This document shows positions 29,750 to 42,483 of a stretch of 64,000 nt of DNA, piece after piece. Position 1 is the first letter of the stretch. Each line of letters starts with the position of its first letter. The notes beneath the pieces are model-generated. The model ran no database searches, was not told the DNA's origin, and saw only the letters and a list, made by a program, of their open reading frames with translations. The stretch is from NCBI GenBank assembly GCA_951406725.2, contig OX597829.1, forward strand, positions 36,084,001-36,148,000, in the 5' to 3' direction. The position numbers and the translations under genes are program-made. Source of the stretch: Octopus vulgaris. Lineage: Eukaryota.

Positions 29750-30350
29750 CATATCGACAAAAGTAATGCCACTATGTTGGCCAGCCATGAATAGGGTTTG
29801 AACACCAGTTGCATACCATATACAATCAGGTAAAGAATCGTAGAGAAGTTTATACCATACGTAAAAGGATCAAAGAAATACAGCTTATGCGTAGCTGAAA
29901 GATCGCACATTCTTTCAAGATCTAAGAATTCCACTACTGTACTTAACTCCAGATCCGAAATTTTCGGCAAATTTCCAGCTGCTGTATTGTAGACATTGGA
30001 CTCCTCTACGTTGAATTATTCTGCAACAACTAATTTTATTATGGGTTTTACGATCAAAGAGCAAGTAACTTGAGTCTTTTTTCTTTTTTTCTTTTTTTTA
30101 TTTTCGTTTTTACTCACACTTCCACTTTTTTGCATTAACCTTCTCGTTTTATTTCTCGTGTTTTGTCATGTATCACCGTTCAGATTTCCCAATAGAGCAG
30201 ACCATGGGCTTAGAGTCTGAGGATTGCTTGGAGACGCAAAGTGTATAATAAAACTCAGAGGAGATACGTGTTTCTAGAACAGGGATTAATAGTAACTCGT
30301 ATTCTTAAACTGTGTACATCAAATTTGGCTGTTTTATAAATTAATTACAT
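29750..30350 (+). mobile_element. PLE 3' end: GIY-YIG C-terminal relic plus interrupted hammerhead
   Basis: KSNATMLASH..PYTIR*RIVEKFIPYVKGSKKYSLCVAERSHILSRSKNSTTVLNSRSEIFGK. Downstream: gagt-CTGAGGA..AAAACTCAGAG-[~30 nt]-TA-actc at 30213-30298. Confidence 0.7.
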
Positions 30351-30534
30351 TTCCACCTGCAATACATTTTTAATCATTTTTATCAGTCTTTGCTTAATAT
30401 ATGTATATGTGTGTGTGTCGTGAGTTTGTATGTGTTTGTATGTATGCGTGTATACATACAATCATTTATAATACATACATATATGAATATATAAAATTAT
30501 ACCTACCATGATAAAAATAATACATATAAGCTAC

Positions 30535-30685
<151 letters not shown>

Positions 30686-30806
30686 TATTATATATATACC
30701 TGTAGCTTTCATGTACTATTTTTATCATGGTAAGTATACTTTTTTATGGTTGAAATTCATGCCATGCGAAAGGGAAGTAATGTGAAATATTTAATAGCTA
30801 CTCGGC

Positions 30807-30907
<101 letters not shown>

Positions 30908-30964
30908 TAATAATAAAAATAAAAAAAATTAAAAAAATAAAAATAATAATAATAATAATAATAA

Positions 30965-31500
30965 CAAGTGGTGCAGGAACCCCCCAGAGGATGTAGTTAA
31001 TGGCGAATTCGTCACCATCCTTTGAATCTTCCCAGTACAGACAGAAAAACTGACTCTAATTGACCAGACATTGTGATCATGGACTACAACAAGGGAACTT
31101 GTCTGTTAATAGATATGTCTGTCCCACAAGATCAAAATGTCTCAAGGAAGGAATACGAAAAGCTTTCTCACTATAAAGATCTACAAATTGAAATCATAAA
31201 ATTGTAGAAGCTGAGTACTTCAATAATATCAGTAGTAATTGGTGCGTTGGGAATGATAAATAAGGGGGCTGAGGCGTATATTAAGCAACTCCCTGTTAAT
31301 TCCAATCTCCGTGAACTACAAAAGATAACTTTGATGGGTACAGCCCATATACTACGGAAAGCATCATCTTTCTAAAATGGAATATATGTGGTGATAATTT
31401 TAGCATGCATAGCAAAACAAAAGTGGCCTTGCTACTGCTGGTCTCCGGAGGAAGCCCGGTACTAAGGCAGCTCAAATAAAGTTATAATGAAAGGAAACCT
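30965..31500 (+). mobile_element. R4/Dong-like RLE LINE 3' end in (TAA)n
   Basis: PDIVIMDYNKGTCLLIDMSVPQDQNVSRKEYEKLSHYKDLQIEI..VVIGALGMINKG..LQKITLMGTAHILRK, stop near 31375. Confidence 0.85.
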
Positions 31501-31507
31501 TAAATGA

Positions 31508-31564
<57 letters not shown>

Positions 31565-31593
31565 AAGTAATAATAATAATAATAATAATGATG

Positions 31594-31654
<61 letters not shown>

Positions 31655-31683
31655 TGATGATGATGATAATAATAATAATAATA

Positions 31684-32340
31684 GGTCGAATGCGTGACTC
31701 ATATTGTTAGTGCTTGTTAAAGTCTTGCGTAGAAAGAGTACAAGCGTAGATACGACAGGGTAATCTAAGGCCTCCTCTGGCTACTACGCCATAAGTATGG
31801 ATATGAGGTTACGGGTGCTTGGTACCAACATACACCGGAAAAGGTAATAGACGAAAAGGGGAAGCCAAAATCCTCTGAGGCTTTGACGTCCAGACAGACA
31901 AGGTATTAGAGCACCGAAGGCCGGATATAATAACCTTCAGGAGGGACCAACAAGAGTGCCTAATAATTGACGTAGCAGTGCCAGGAGGTCAATATATCAT
32001 AATGAAAGAAAGAGAAAAGTTTGATAAATATGGAGGCCTGAAAATTGAGATCGCTAAGAGGTGGCAACTACGAGAGTTGAACATAAAGTTAATCCCTATT
32101 GTAATCGGAGCATTGGGCTCAATGCGACCCAATCTGAAAAAAAAAACATCCGAAAACCTTAGAAATACCCTACAATCTAGGTATATTGCAAAAGTCGGCA
32201 TTACTTGGAACTGCGCGCATATTGCATTAAGTACTGTCTGTCTGAGGTCCTTGTTGTGACTTGACAAACAGTACAAACCCCCGGTAGACACAATATCTTC
32301 AATCAATAACCTCACGATATTGTATACTGTGCGACATCTA
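31684..32340 (+). mobile_element. Second R4/Dong-like RLE LINE 3' end (CCHC remnant plus endonuclease)
   Basis: ECVTHIVSAC..EYKRRYDRV..WYQHTPEKV..QTDKVLEHRRPDII..IIDVAVP..EKFDKY..IPIVIGALG..LQKSALLGTAHIL. Confidence 0.9.
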
Positions 32341-32563
32341 TGATGATGATGATAATGAAAAGACGGAGAAGGAGGAGGGGGAGGAGGCGGATGAGGAGGG
32401 AAGATAGAGAATGGTTTCTGCAAAAGTATTCTTTTAAGAACGAGAAAGATTGCTCGGAAGATACTTGATATCAAACGAAAACGGTTGTCATCTGGTATCA
32501 ATGTACAATGATTCTAACTGAAACATATTTAATCACACCATTGGGTAATAATGGTGATGGTGG

Positions 32564-32608
<45 letters not shown>

Positions 32609-32611
32609 CAA

Positions 32612-32790
32612 TGGTTCCAAATTTTGGCAAAAGGCCAGCTATTTCAGGAGGGGCAGGTGTAAGTCAATTACATCGACCCAACCAGTGTTCAACTGGTAAC
32701 TATTTTATCGACCCGAATGAAATGAATGATATAAGTCGATCTGCATAATTTTAAATCATAAAGTAAAGAGCCGGAAGAAAACAATTGGAA
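32612..32790 (-). mobile_element. SINE family B fragment
   Basis: ctggtaactattttatcgacccgaatgaaatgaa..aagtcga. Confidence 0.65.
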
Positions 32791-32993
32791 TTATGTATGA
32801 TCTGTTTAAATGAGACGTTGGCAAGTTTTGTATATAAAGAAAACAAATATGATTCATTTTTAATTAATCTTCTTTATTTCTAAGAGTACGCACACACACG
32901 TATATATATATATATGCGTATATATATACATATATATACGCGTATATATATATATACGTGTGTGTGCGTTTTTGCTTACACACGTATGCAGTA

Positions 32994-33060
<67 letters not shown>

Positions 33061-33270
33061 AATTAATAATTAATTTAAATACTAGGTTGTAGTGTTTCAC
33101 CAAAAGGTACAATTATAATTGTTCCTCAATGTGACTAAGGTGTGCAAAAACACATATGTATGTATGTATTTATGTATGTATGTATGTATGTATGTATGTA
33201 TGTATGTATGTATGTATGTATGCTTGCATGCATGTATGTATGTATGCATGTATGCATGTATGAATTTCTG

Positions 33271-33320
<50 letters not shown>

Positions 33321-33553
33321 TGTATGTTTGTATGTATGTATATGTATGTGTGTGTGAGTGTGTGTGTGTTTGTGTTTAAATGATTATTTATAACCTTGTG
33401 TATACACCTGGTAGCATGCCAATTAAAACACTTTCATTGTCTATGGCTATCTGATGTCAGTGAATTCCTCGGTGTTCGTCGAGCATAAAACAAATCGATA
33501 AAGAATCTCGTGAATTCCATTTCCTGTTTTTCTCATTTTCCATGTATGTCTGC

Positions 33554-33609
<56 letters not shown>

Positions 33610-33974
33610 TTATATGTATATATGTATGTATGTATGTATGTATATGTATGTATGTATGTATATGTGTATGTATGTATGTATGTATGTATGTATGTATGTA
33701 TGTATGTATGTATGTATGTATGTATGTATGTATGTATGTATATATATATATGTGCGTGCGTGTGCGTGCGTCCTTCTGTTTATGTGTGTGTGTGTGTATC
33801 AAGGTTTGAACAGAAAGAACACAAAGAGAAACACTTTGACGAAAGTAGAGCAAACGGGAACCTCGACGAAAACTTAACGGACGGGAAATATAGACTGAGA
33901 TATAATACACGTAATATTTTACATATACACATATGTATATGTGTGTGTATGCATAATATATATATATATGTATG

Positions 33975-34054
<80 letters not shown>

Positions 34055-34182
34055 GGTATGTAGAAAAATACAACATGGACAAGAACGTATAACTCTTAGA
34101 AGACGATACAATAAACACAGACAGGACATTCGAAACCCTCAGTCTTCAGTCAAGAACCGGATCATCGTAGTAATTTCGGCTG

Positions 34183-34238
<56 letters not shown>

Positions 34239-34292
34239 CGTATATATGTATATATATATACTTTATTTAAAGCAGCAGAAAATTCAACAAAA

Positions 34293-34333
34293 CCTGTTAC
34301 TCTGAGTTTCACGTTCCCGTTCGTCGGACAGTT
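34293..34333 (-). ncRNA. Type I hammerhead ribozyme, CCGACGA variant core
   Basis: Minus strand: ctgt-CCGACGA-acg ggaa cgt-GAA-ACTCAGAGT-A-acag, then AATAAAG and (TA)n. Confidence 0.7.
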
Positions 34334-35131
34334 ATGTATGTATGTATGTATGTATGTGTGTATGTTTGTATGTATGTATGTATTTATGTATGTACGTATG
34401 ATTATGTATTTGCAAAAAATGAAAAGGAATGGCTTTTGTGATAATTTTGTTCCTCTTAAATGAGGGAAGATTATCAGAAAAATCATTCCTAATAATTTTC
34501 TCAAATTATTAATACAGTGCCAAAAACTTCCTATTTCTAATTCTAGAATTATTACGTATCTGCATGTATTAGTTTGATTATTTGTCTTCTGAAGATTTGA
34601 ACATTTTTTTAATAACTAAATGCATAATTGCTGCCACTAAGATATTAATGGGACCTATGTAAAATAAATTCAAACAATTAATTGGTTGTTTTGTTTAATA
34701 CGTAATCCTTGTGTGTGCGTGTGTGTGTGTGTGTGCGTGTGTGTGTGTGTGTGTGTGTGCGCGTGTGTGTGTGCGTGCGTGTGTGCGTGTGTGTGTCTGT
34801 GATTGTGTCTTTGTGCCTTTGTGTCTGTGTGTGTGCGTACGTGTATGTGTTTACGGGTGTTTGTGTGGTTTTCCTACCTGTATATGTATAGGTATAAACT
34901 TTGTATCTATGTGTTCGCGCGCCTTCGCATTTTGTTTATCCCCACCCAGCGTTTTCTCAACCCTCCTTAGTAATTTACCTGTTCGTTGAAAATAATAAAT
35001 AAAAGTTATTGGAAAAGGCAGCTAAATTAACAAGAGAACTGGTTTCGGTTTGTTCAACAAATTCCTTCTCGGGAGTCCGCAACAAGGCCACAATCAAATA
35101 ATTGAAATAATTAATAGAATAACTGAATGTA

Positions 35132-35164
<33 letters not shown>

Positions 35165-35241
35165 TGTATGTATGTATGTATGTATGTATGTATGTATGTA
35201 TGTATGTATGTATATACATATGATGTATATATATATATATA

Positions 35242-36175
35242 CAGATGAAATTAACAAAAAAACAAGGAACAATGACAGGTGTATTAACAACAAGCAGCTG
35301 TATTATTTTGAAGCTCAGGAAGGTGAGAAAATCTTTTACGCTTCCTAGTGTTCCTTTCAACAAAAAGGAACACGAGGAAGTAAACAGATAGAGAGAAAAA
35401 TACTTGTGGATTTAGCGGTCAATCATAGCGACTGGCTGGAAGAAATTATTTGAATAGGAGAGCTAGAAAAAGAAGAGATAGTAAAGTACTGGTGATCCCA
35501 AAATGAAGATGTGCATGTGTGTAAGAGTGTATAAATGAGAGCATGTGGATAGCGGCTGGATAGGAGTGATAGCGGCTGATAGCATGTAGATACGAGTGAG
35601 AAGAGGAAGTAGGTGTCAGTGGAAGAGAGGAAAAGTTAGATGAAGAGGGGAGGGAAGTTGAGCCCAATGGCGCAAAGGAGCAAAGTGAGAAGATTAATTC
35701 TTGTTCATGGCGAAGGCGGGAGTCCGGATTGTCCCTGTGCCTAGACAATCCGAACACTGACAGGTGTTGTAATGAATGACCGGTACACCAAGATGTCATT
35801 GCTGGTCAGCCAAGTGGCGTCCCGTTTGACCAATGTACAGAGAAGGAAAGAAAGAGCAGGAGATGCAGTAAATTACGTTGCTAGAAATGCAGGTAAAAGA
35901 ATCAATGATATGATAGGGGCGATTATGGGTGCCTCTCAGGATGGTGATATTAGGGAGGTAGGGGAAAGTGATGCAGCATGGGCGGGAGCAGGGGAACTTG
36001 CCAGGTTGGGAGGTAGGGTTACGGAAGAAACTGTGGAGCAGGAGGTCACGCAGGTTGTGGGCTCGGTTGAAGGAACTAGTTTGGGGAAGATGTGCGAAGT
36101 GGAGGGTTCGGACTGGAATCGCCGGAAGGCTTGGAGAATGATTCGCTGGATGGTTGTAACAATGGTGGGGCACCC
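35242..36175 (-). mobile_element. Penelope-like element (Neptune-type) 3' part: GIY-YIG relic plus pLTR
   Basis: SFNRAHNLRDLLLHS..GKFPCSRPCCITFPY..SFTCISSNVIYCISCS..YIGQTGRHLAD..RLRHEQELIFSLCSFAPLG (ORFs 35796-36239 and 35446-35799). The Cys-rich linker before GIY-YIG is typical of the Neptune clade. Confidence 0.9.
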
Positions 36176-36646
36176 ACACACATATACATACATATGTATC
36201 TCTGTCTGTTCCTAATGCATTCTCAAACAGTTCAAACAAATCAAATTAAATTTTACATCATAATACTAAGAGACCCGAGGAGTGTCAACATGTAAATTTT
36301 GGGATTAAAACATTACAACAATACAACTGGTTCCGTATTACGTCTCAAAACTCGAAGAATAAAAATGAAAACTTAGTCGGCGTAAGTTATAGTTTTACTT
36401 CTATATTGTTTCACATTTGATACTTTCATTTTAAAATTGTTTCACTTTTAATAGTTTCAGTATATATGTATATATATATGTATTGTATATATGTGTGTGT
36501 GCGTGTGTGTATGTGAGTGTGTGAGTATGTGTATACATATAGGTGTATATATATGTGTTTATATATTATATATATGTGAATATATATATATGTATATATA
36601 TACATGTATGTATATATGTATGTATATATGTATGTATATATATATG

Positions 36647-36731
<85 letters not shown>

Positions 36732-36829
36732 TGGTTGCATAACATATTTGAAGACAAACAAAAAAACAGATAATATATAATAACAGAAAATAACTTTATT
36801 TATCAAAAACTGGTGTGCGGATAAAAATA

Positions 36830-36994
36830 AACCTTCTTTTCTATAATGTTATTCAATAAAACCACCTTCAGCTTTAACAACCGCTTTTATATGAGATGTA
36901 AATCGTCTACATGCCGGAATCAAGTGGTTTATTTTGACATTATTCTGACCATGGCAACTTTCAAAGTACTTTGGTGTTATGAGCATGTTCATTG

Positions 36995-37040
<46 letters not shown>

Positions 37041-37620
37041 TCTCTACATTTAACAGTCCAATGGATTGATATCTGGGGAACTCGGAGGCCAAATATTGGC
37101 GGTTATGTGATGTTGAAAGTTTTCAGCCATCCATTCCTTTGTTACTAGTGTGATAGTGCAGAGTCTTACTGAAACACATATGAACTTCCATTGCATACAC
37201 TGTCTATCCAGGACCTCAATGTAGGCCTCAGAATTAACTCTAAGGTCTTGTGGAAAGAAATAAGGAGGCATCACATGTCCTTCATTGTTGACAATCCCTA
37301 AAACCATGACAGTTGCAGAAAATTTTGTTCGCATAACATTTGGAACTTCAGAAGGGTCTGCACATAGTGATCTGTCATTTCTTCTGTTAACTTTTGGAAC
37401 TTGATCGAAGTTTTTCTCGTTTGAAAAAAAAACAAATCAAATCTTCTGCTGGATTTTTCAGTGTGTTTAAGAGCTTTTAGATCTGATGTGGTGATTTTCT
37501 TTTGCTTTTGCTGACAAATTGACCATTCCTCATTATATAAGATTTATATCTGATGTCTCGTGGACAACATTTCTGACTATTCTTTCTGATACATGGAGAT
37601 CTTTTGCAATTGACCTCATG
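36830..37620 (-). pseudogene. Tc1/mariner (DDD-type, maT/DD37D-like) transposase relic
   Basis: FSNEKNFDQVPKVNRRNDR..VMVLGIVNNEG..WPPSSPDINPLD..ACRRFTSHIKAVVKAEGGFIE*. Confidence 0.85.
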
Positions 37621-37928
37621 GTGCTATATATGTTAACTTTAAAAGCGATCGGCCTTTATATATCCATATATAATAATGTAATAATTGTCAGTATTCCTGG
37701 TGTAGCACACCGATTTTAATTTTAGTTCAGGCCATAGTGGGAAACGGGAATAGTCACCAAAGAGAAAAGGGCAAAAGAAAATGATTAACGACAACTACGA
37801 GGGATACGTTTAATAAATAACTGACGTCGTCCAGTCAATCAGTCAGTCAATCGAACAATCAATCACTCAGGCTGTCCCTCTCCCTCTTTCGCTCTTTCTT
37901 TCTATGTATGTATGTATGTAAGTATGTG

Positions 37929-37984
<56 letters not shown>

Positions 37985-37999
37985 AGTTCTATTTGTACT

Positions 38000-38038
<39 letters not shown>

Positions 38039-38049
38039 CTATTTGTACT

Positions 38050-38085
<36 letters not shown>

Positions 38086-38259
38086 AGTACAAATAGAACT
38101 TGTTCACCCTTAGAATTCCAAAATAGCCGGTAGTAATTCTTATGGTATGCTACCAATTCTAGTCGTAGGTATTCCTCGTGTGTGAAGATAAAAATAAAAA
38201 GTAAAAGAATAAAAAATAAGAGTAATCACTCTTCCTTTTGACTCTTTTATTTTTTACTT

Positions 38260-38307
<48 letters not shown>

Positions 38308-38427
38308 TAAATTATATATTATACGTATATGTATAATAAATATATATATATATATATATATTTATTTATTTATTTACACACACATATATATATATATAAT
38401 ATACATATACATATATATATATATATA

Positions 38428-38517
<90 letters not shown>

Positions 38518-38593
38518 CATATACATATATAAATGTATGCATACTGCAGACACATATATATATATACTCTCACATGCACACACACATACGTGG

Positions 38594-38677
<84 letters not shown>

Positions 38678-38686
38678 GTGTGTGTT

Positions 38687-38751
<65 letters not shown>

Positions 38752-39180
38752 TATATGTATGCATGTATGTATTTATATACAAGTGAATAAATCTATGGTA
38801 ACAAATGATTAGTAGGAGGAGGAGATCGTGAACGGAGATAGTGGATCGTTTCTGCAGGAGTAAATCCCAGTTGTTATAGGTACTCAAAATATCATTATCA
38901 ATATACTTGTTAGTTTCCTCATTTGCGCTCAGAGTATTTATTTACCATACATTTGTTATTTATTCATTTAATAAGTAATGGATCGCAACACACCCGAATT
39001 TATATATACATGTGCGTGTGTGTGTTATAAATTAAAACAAACAATAAAACGTTGTCATTATAGTAGTCGGAGTTTTGAATGTTGGAGCGAAGGGCTATGA
39101 TACATTGTCGTCGGCTATAATATTATATTATTTTTTGTTGTTGTTGTCGTCGTCGTCGTCGTTGTTGTCGTTATTATATT

Positions 39181-39570
39181 GTGGAGACGCAATGGCCCAG
39201 TGGCTAGGGCAGCGGATTCGCGGTCATAGGATCGCGGTTTCGGTTCCCAGACCGGGCGTTGTGAGTGTTTATTGAGCGAAAACACCTAAAAAAGCTCCAC
39301 GAGGCTCCGGCAGGGGATGGTGGTGATCCCTGCTGTACTCTTTCACCACAACTATTCTCTCACTCTTACTTCCTGTTTCTGTTGTACCTGTATTTCAAGG
39401 GGCCGGCCTTGTCACTCTCTGTGTCACGCTGAATATCCCCGAGAACTACGTTGAGGGTGCACGTGTCTGTGGAGTGCTCAGCCACTTACACGTTAATTTC
39501 ACGAGCAGGTTGTTCCGTTGATTCGGATCAACCGGAACCCTCATCGTCGTAACGACGGAGTGCTTCCACG
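39181..39570 (+). mobile_element. SINE family C, full length
   Basis: Colinear with 25795-26182. Confidence 0.9.
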
Positions 39571-40267
39571 TTATTATATAAAAAATTGAATGGTTGGCTT
39601 ATTCGCAATTTGAACTATCTTCTGTATGGTGTGTCCTCAGAACCCTCACATAAACGTCTTCAATATTTTCTGAATCTGGCCGTTTGTTTGTTTGTTGCTT
39701 CATTAAATACTATCATTGGTTGTGTTTTCAACAGCTACCAATCTTTTAGACTCTCTATGTATTCGACCCCCGCCTCCCCTCGTTAACATAGAATTTATTT
39801 GTTGGCTTTTAGTTATTTACATACGGTAGTTATTAGTTATCAGTTATTATTTACACACGGTAATGATCTCTCTTTACATTACCGCGACAATCAAACACTC
39901 AAGAAGAGTAAAAACTTGTTTGAGAAAGGGATTTCTCAAAGAGACTAGGAAACCCACAAACGCGGCTTATGTTATCTACCAAAGGGAAGTGCCTCAGCCC
40001 AAATGTTTTCGCAAATCTGAATTAATTTTTTAAAGAAATCTATCTTGCATAGGGTATTTAAATTATATTTGAAAAGAATTTCATTTTCATAATTACTAAA
40101 AATGTATATAATTGATAATTATTAGATTAATTTCCATGCATTGTAAAAATGTTGGCTGATAATAACTTATTAATATTTAACAGTTAATAGTAATATATGT
40201 AGTTACATTTATTGAAAGAAAGAATTTCTTTTATTCTAAGAATATCTCATTGAATTTTAAGACATTG

Positions 40268-40911
40268 TTAGAGATAGGATTGTACTGAATATAGATTATG
40301 CCCACAGTTTCTGCTATACTCACTTTTCAGCAATTCGATGCGATTTGTCCAAGTCCACATTGGCACATTCGGATTACCTAGTCCGTACCTGTCAGACAAC
40401 TGAAAACGTCTGAGCAGGTTTTTGAGGGTTTTGCAACCCACTCTTCTATCAGATAGTACCACGCAATCAAAACGTCCACCTAAGACAGCGTTCCAATCCC
40501 CTACAAACACTAAAGTCCGAGACGTTCCCAGAAAAACCTCGAGACATTTGAAGTAATCAGACCATCCTGCCTCTGTTGAAGCCATCAGTCTTAAGGCCCT
40601 GCCGTCACTGCTTATAACATCTAGGACCACGAACTTACCTTCAGGATCCAGGAAGATTGCCTTTATTTTCAAATCCAAACCTTTTCGGAAAAGTACCGTA
40701 GAACCACCACAGCCTCCGACGGACAGACACGGAGAAAGAAAAATCTTGTATCCACCGAAAAGGCCTGTGGGGTCCCGCGAGTCGGGAAGTTTGGTTCACT
40801 AATGACTGCTACGTCTACACTAAGGGACTTTAGGTCATTTAAAAGATGACTTTTTTTCCAAGGCGACCCGAGTCCCCTGACATTTATGCAACCTACTCTC
40901 AGCATCACCAT
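40268..40911 (-). pseudogene. Tx1/L1-like LINE ORF2 apurinic endonuclease domain (frameshifted, RT missing)
   Basis: LRVGCINVRGL..DVAVISE..DPEGKFVVLD..LVFVGDWNAVL..WTWTN. Confidence 0.85.
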
Positions 40912-40927
40912 GCTAAAAACAAATAAT

Positions 40928-42483
40928 TAGGATGGAGAAGAAACTCTACTTACTCTTGTTGTCTGGTAGGGTGGCTCCCTTGTACTTTGGTGTGGGTGTG
41001 TATGCGAGGTTTTTGAATAATTTTTTGCGAATGTTTTTTTGAGCGACCCAACAGCTGGGAATTTTTGTTTTTATAGTGTTGTAATTGTATTATGTGATTT
41101 TAAAATTTTGTATATGTGTTGGGAAGACAAAGTCTGTCATTGTGGTGTTTGTATTGTCTCTTAAGTATGTAATTACGTGTATGTTGTTTGTATTTATGGC
41201 TGTGAGGTATGTAGTGCTTGTGGGGTCTGTTTGAGTTGATGTTGGTGTATCAGGTGGTAGTGCTGGTGAAGGTGTTGTTGTTGTTAACTGTTACGTGTGT
41301 GTGTGTTGCAACTATTGGGAAGTTCCGCTTCTTTGCGTTTCCCCTTTTTTCCAATGTCTCTGTAGTCTTTTTCTTTGGGTGAAGGGGGTACTGAGCAACA
41401 TTCTCCCCTCTCAACCTCAGTACTCGAGCAGTCCGAGTTATTTGGGTCGGGAAGGGAGATTTTCTCTGGGTTTTGGTCTTGTTAGAGTTCATTTGTTGTT
41501 GCTGCTGCTGCTGGTGTTACTGGTGGTAGTGGTGGTGGTGGTGGTGGTGGTGGTGGTGGTGGCGAAGTTACTGCCGCTGCTGCTGTTGTTATTGTTGCTG
41601 TTGTTAAGCAACAAGACGAGTAAGGGTGATTAGGTGGTGGTCTAGGGCTTAGGGGCGGGAGACCCCAGACCTTGGAAAAAAAAACTTTGGTCCACTTGTA
41701 GTCGAGAGCTCTTCGTTGATACCCGACACCACTGGGAGGTGGCCCTCGACGTCGCTGGAAATGAAGATCTCCAGGTCCAAATTCTTGAACGGCTGCTGCT
41801 GCTGGTACTCCAGTTGGTGTTGGTGGTGCCTTAATGACGGCTGGAGGTAGCGTCGCTGTTGCTGGTGGAAATGATGATGGCGTTGGTCATGCGGCAATCA
41901 CTAGTTCCTGCTGCTGCTGTACTAGAAGTGCCTTCAGTGCGGGTGTCGGCAGAAGGGACTGGTTGCCTCTTCTTTTCTTTAGGCCAGGAGACCCTGAGGT
42001 GGCCTTGGTCACCACAAAAGTAACATCTAGGCCTCCTTCTCTCCCCACTGACGTGTAGCTTGCTGCAATCAGGTAGATTTATCGAGTCGGGGTTGGAAGT
42101 TATGCTCTGTTCAATTCGAACAAGGAGCTCTATCTCTTGACCCGACCAATTTTGTTGGCGCAATTTGTGCATCACCTGTATTGTGGCGGTGTCCTCTATG
42201 TCTAAGAGGGCAGCCTCTACCAGCCAGCATATATTTATTTCAGGGAGCACCTTCCCAATTTCAATATTCGTAACGCGTTGGTGTTCATGGCGTTGGTGTC
42301 CATGGCGGTGGTGGCGTTCGAGGCGTTTTCTTGATTTTTTTCATTTCCATTTTCTGTGTTGATGGTGGTGCTGGTGCTGTTACTGATGCTGCTAGTGGTG
42401 TTGGTACTGCTGCCTGTACTGATGCTGTTCAGAAGGAGGGGAAAAAACTCGCTGTATTGGCTACTGGTAACAACCACTGCCAT
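40928..42483 (-). pseudogene. Tx1/L1-like LINE ORF1 relic with zinc knuckle
   Basis: RRPRCYFCGDQGHLRVSW (degenerate CCHC) in ORF 41831-42250, with low-complexity flanks, directly upstream of the APE. Confidence 0.7.
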
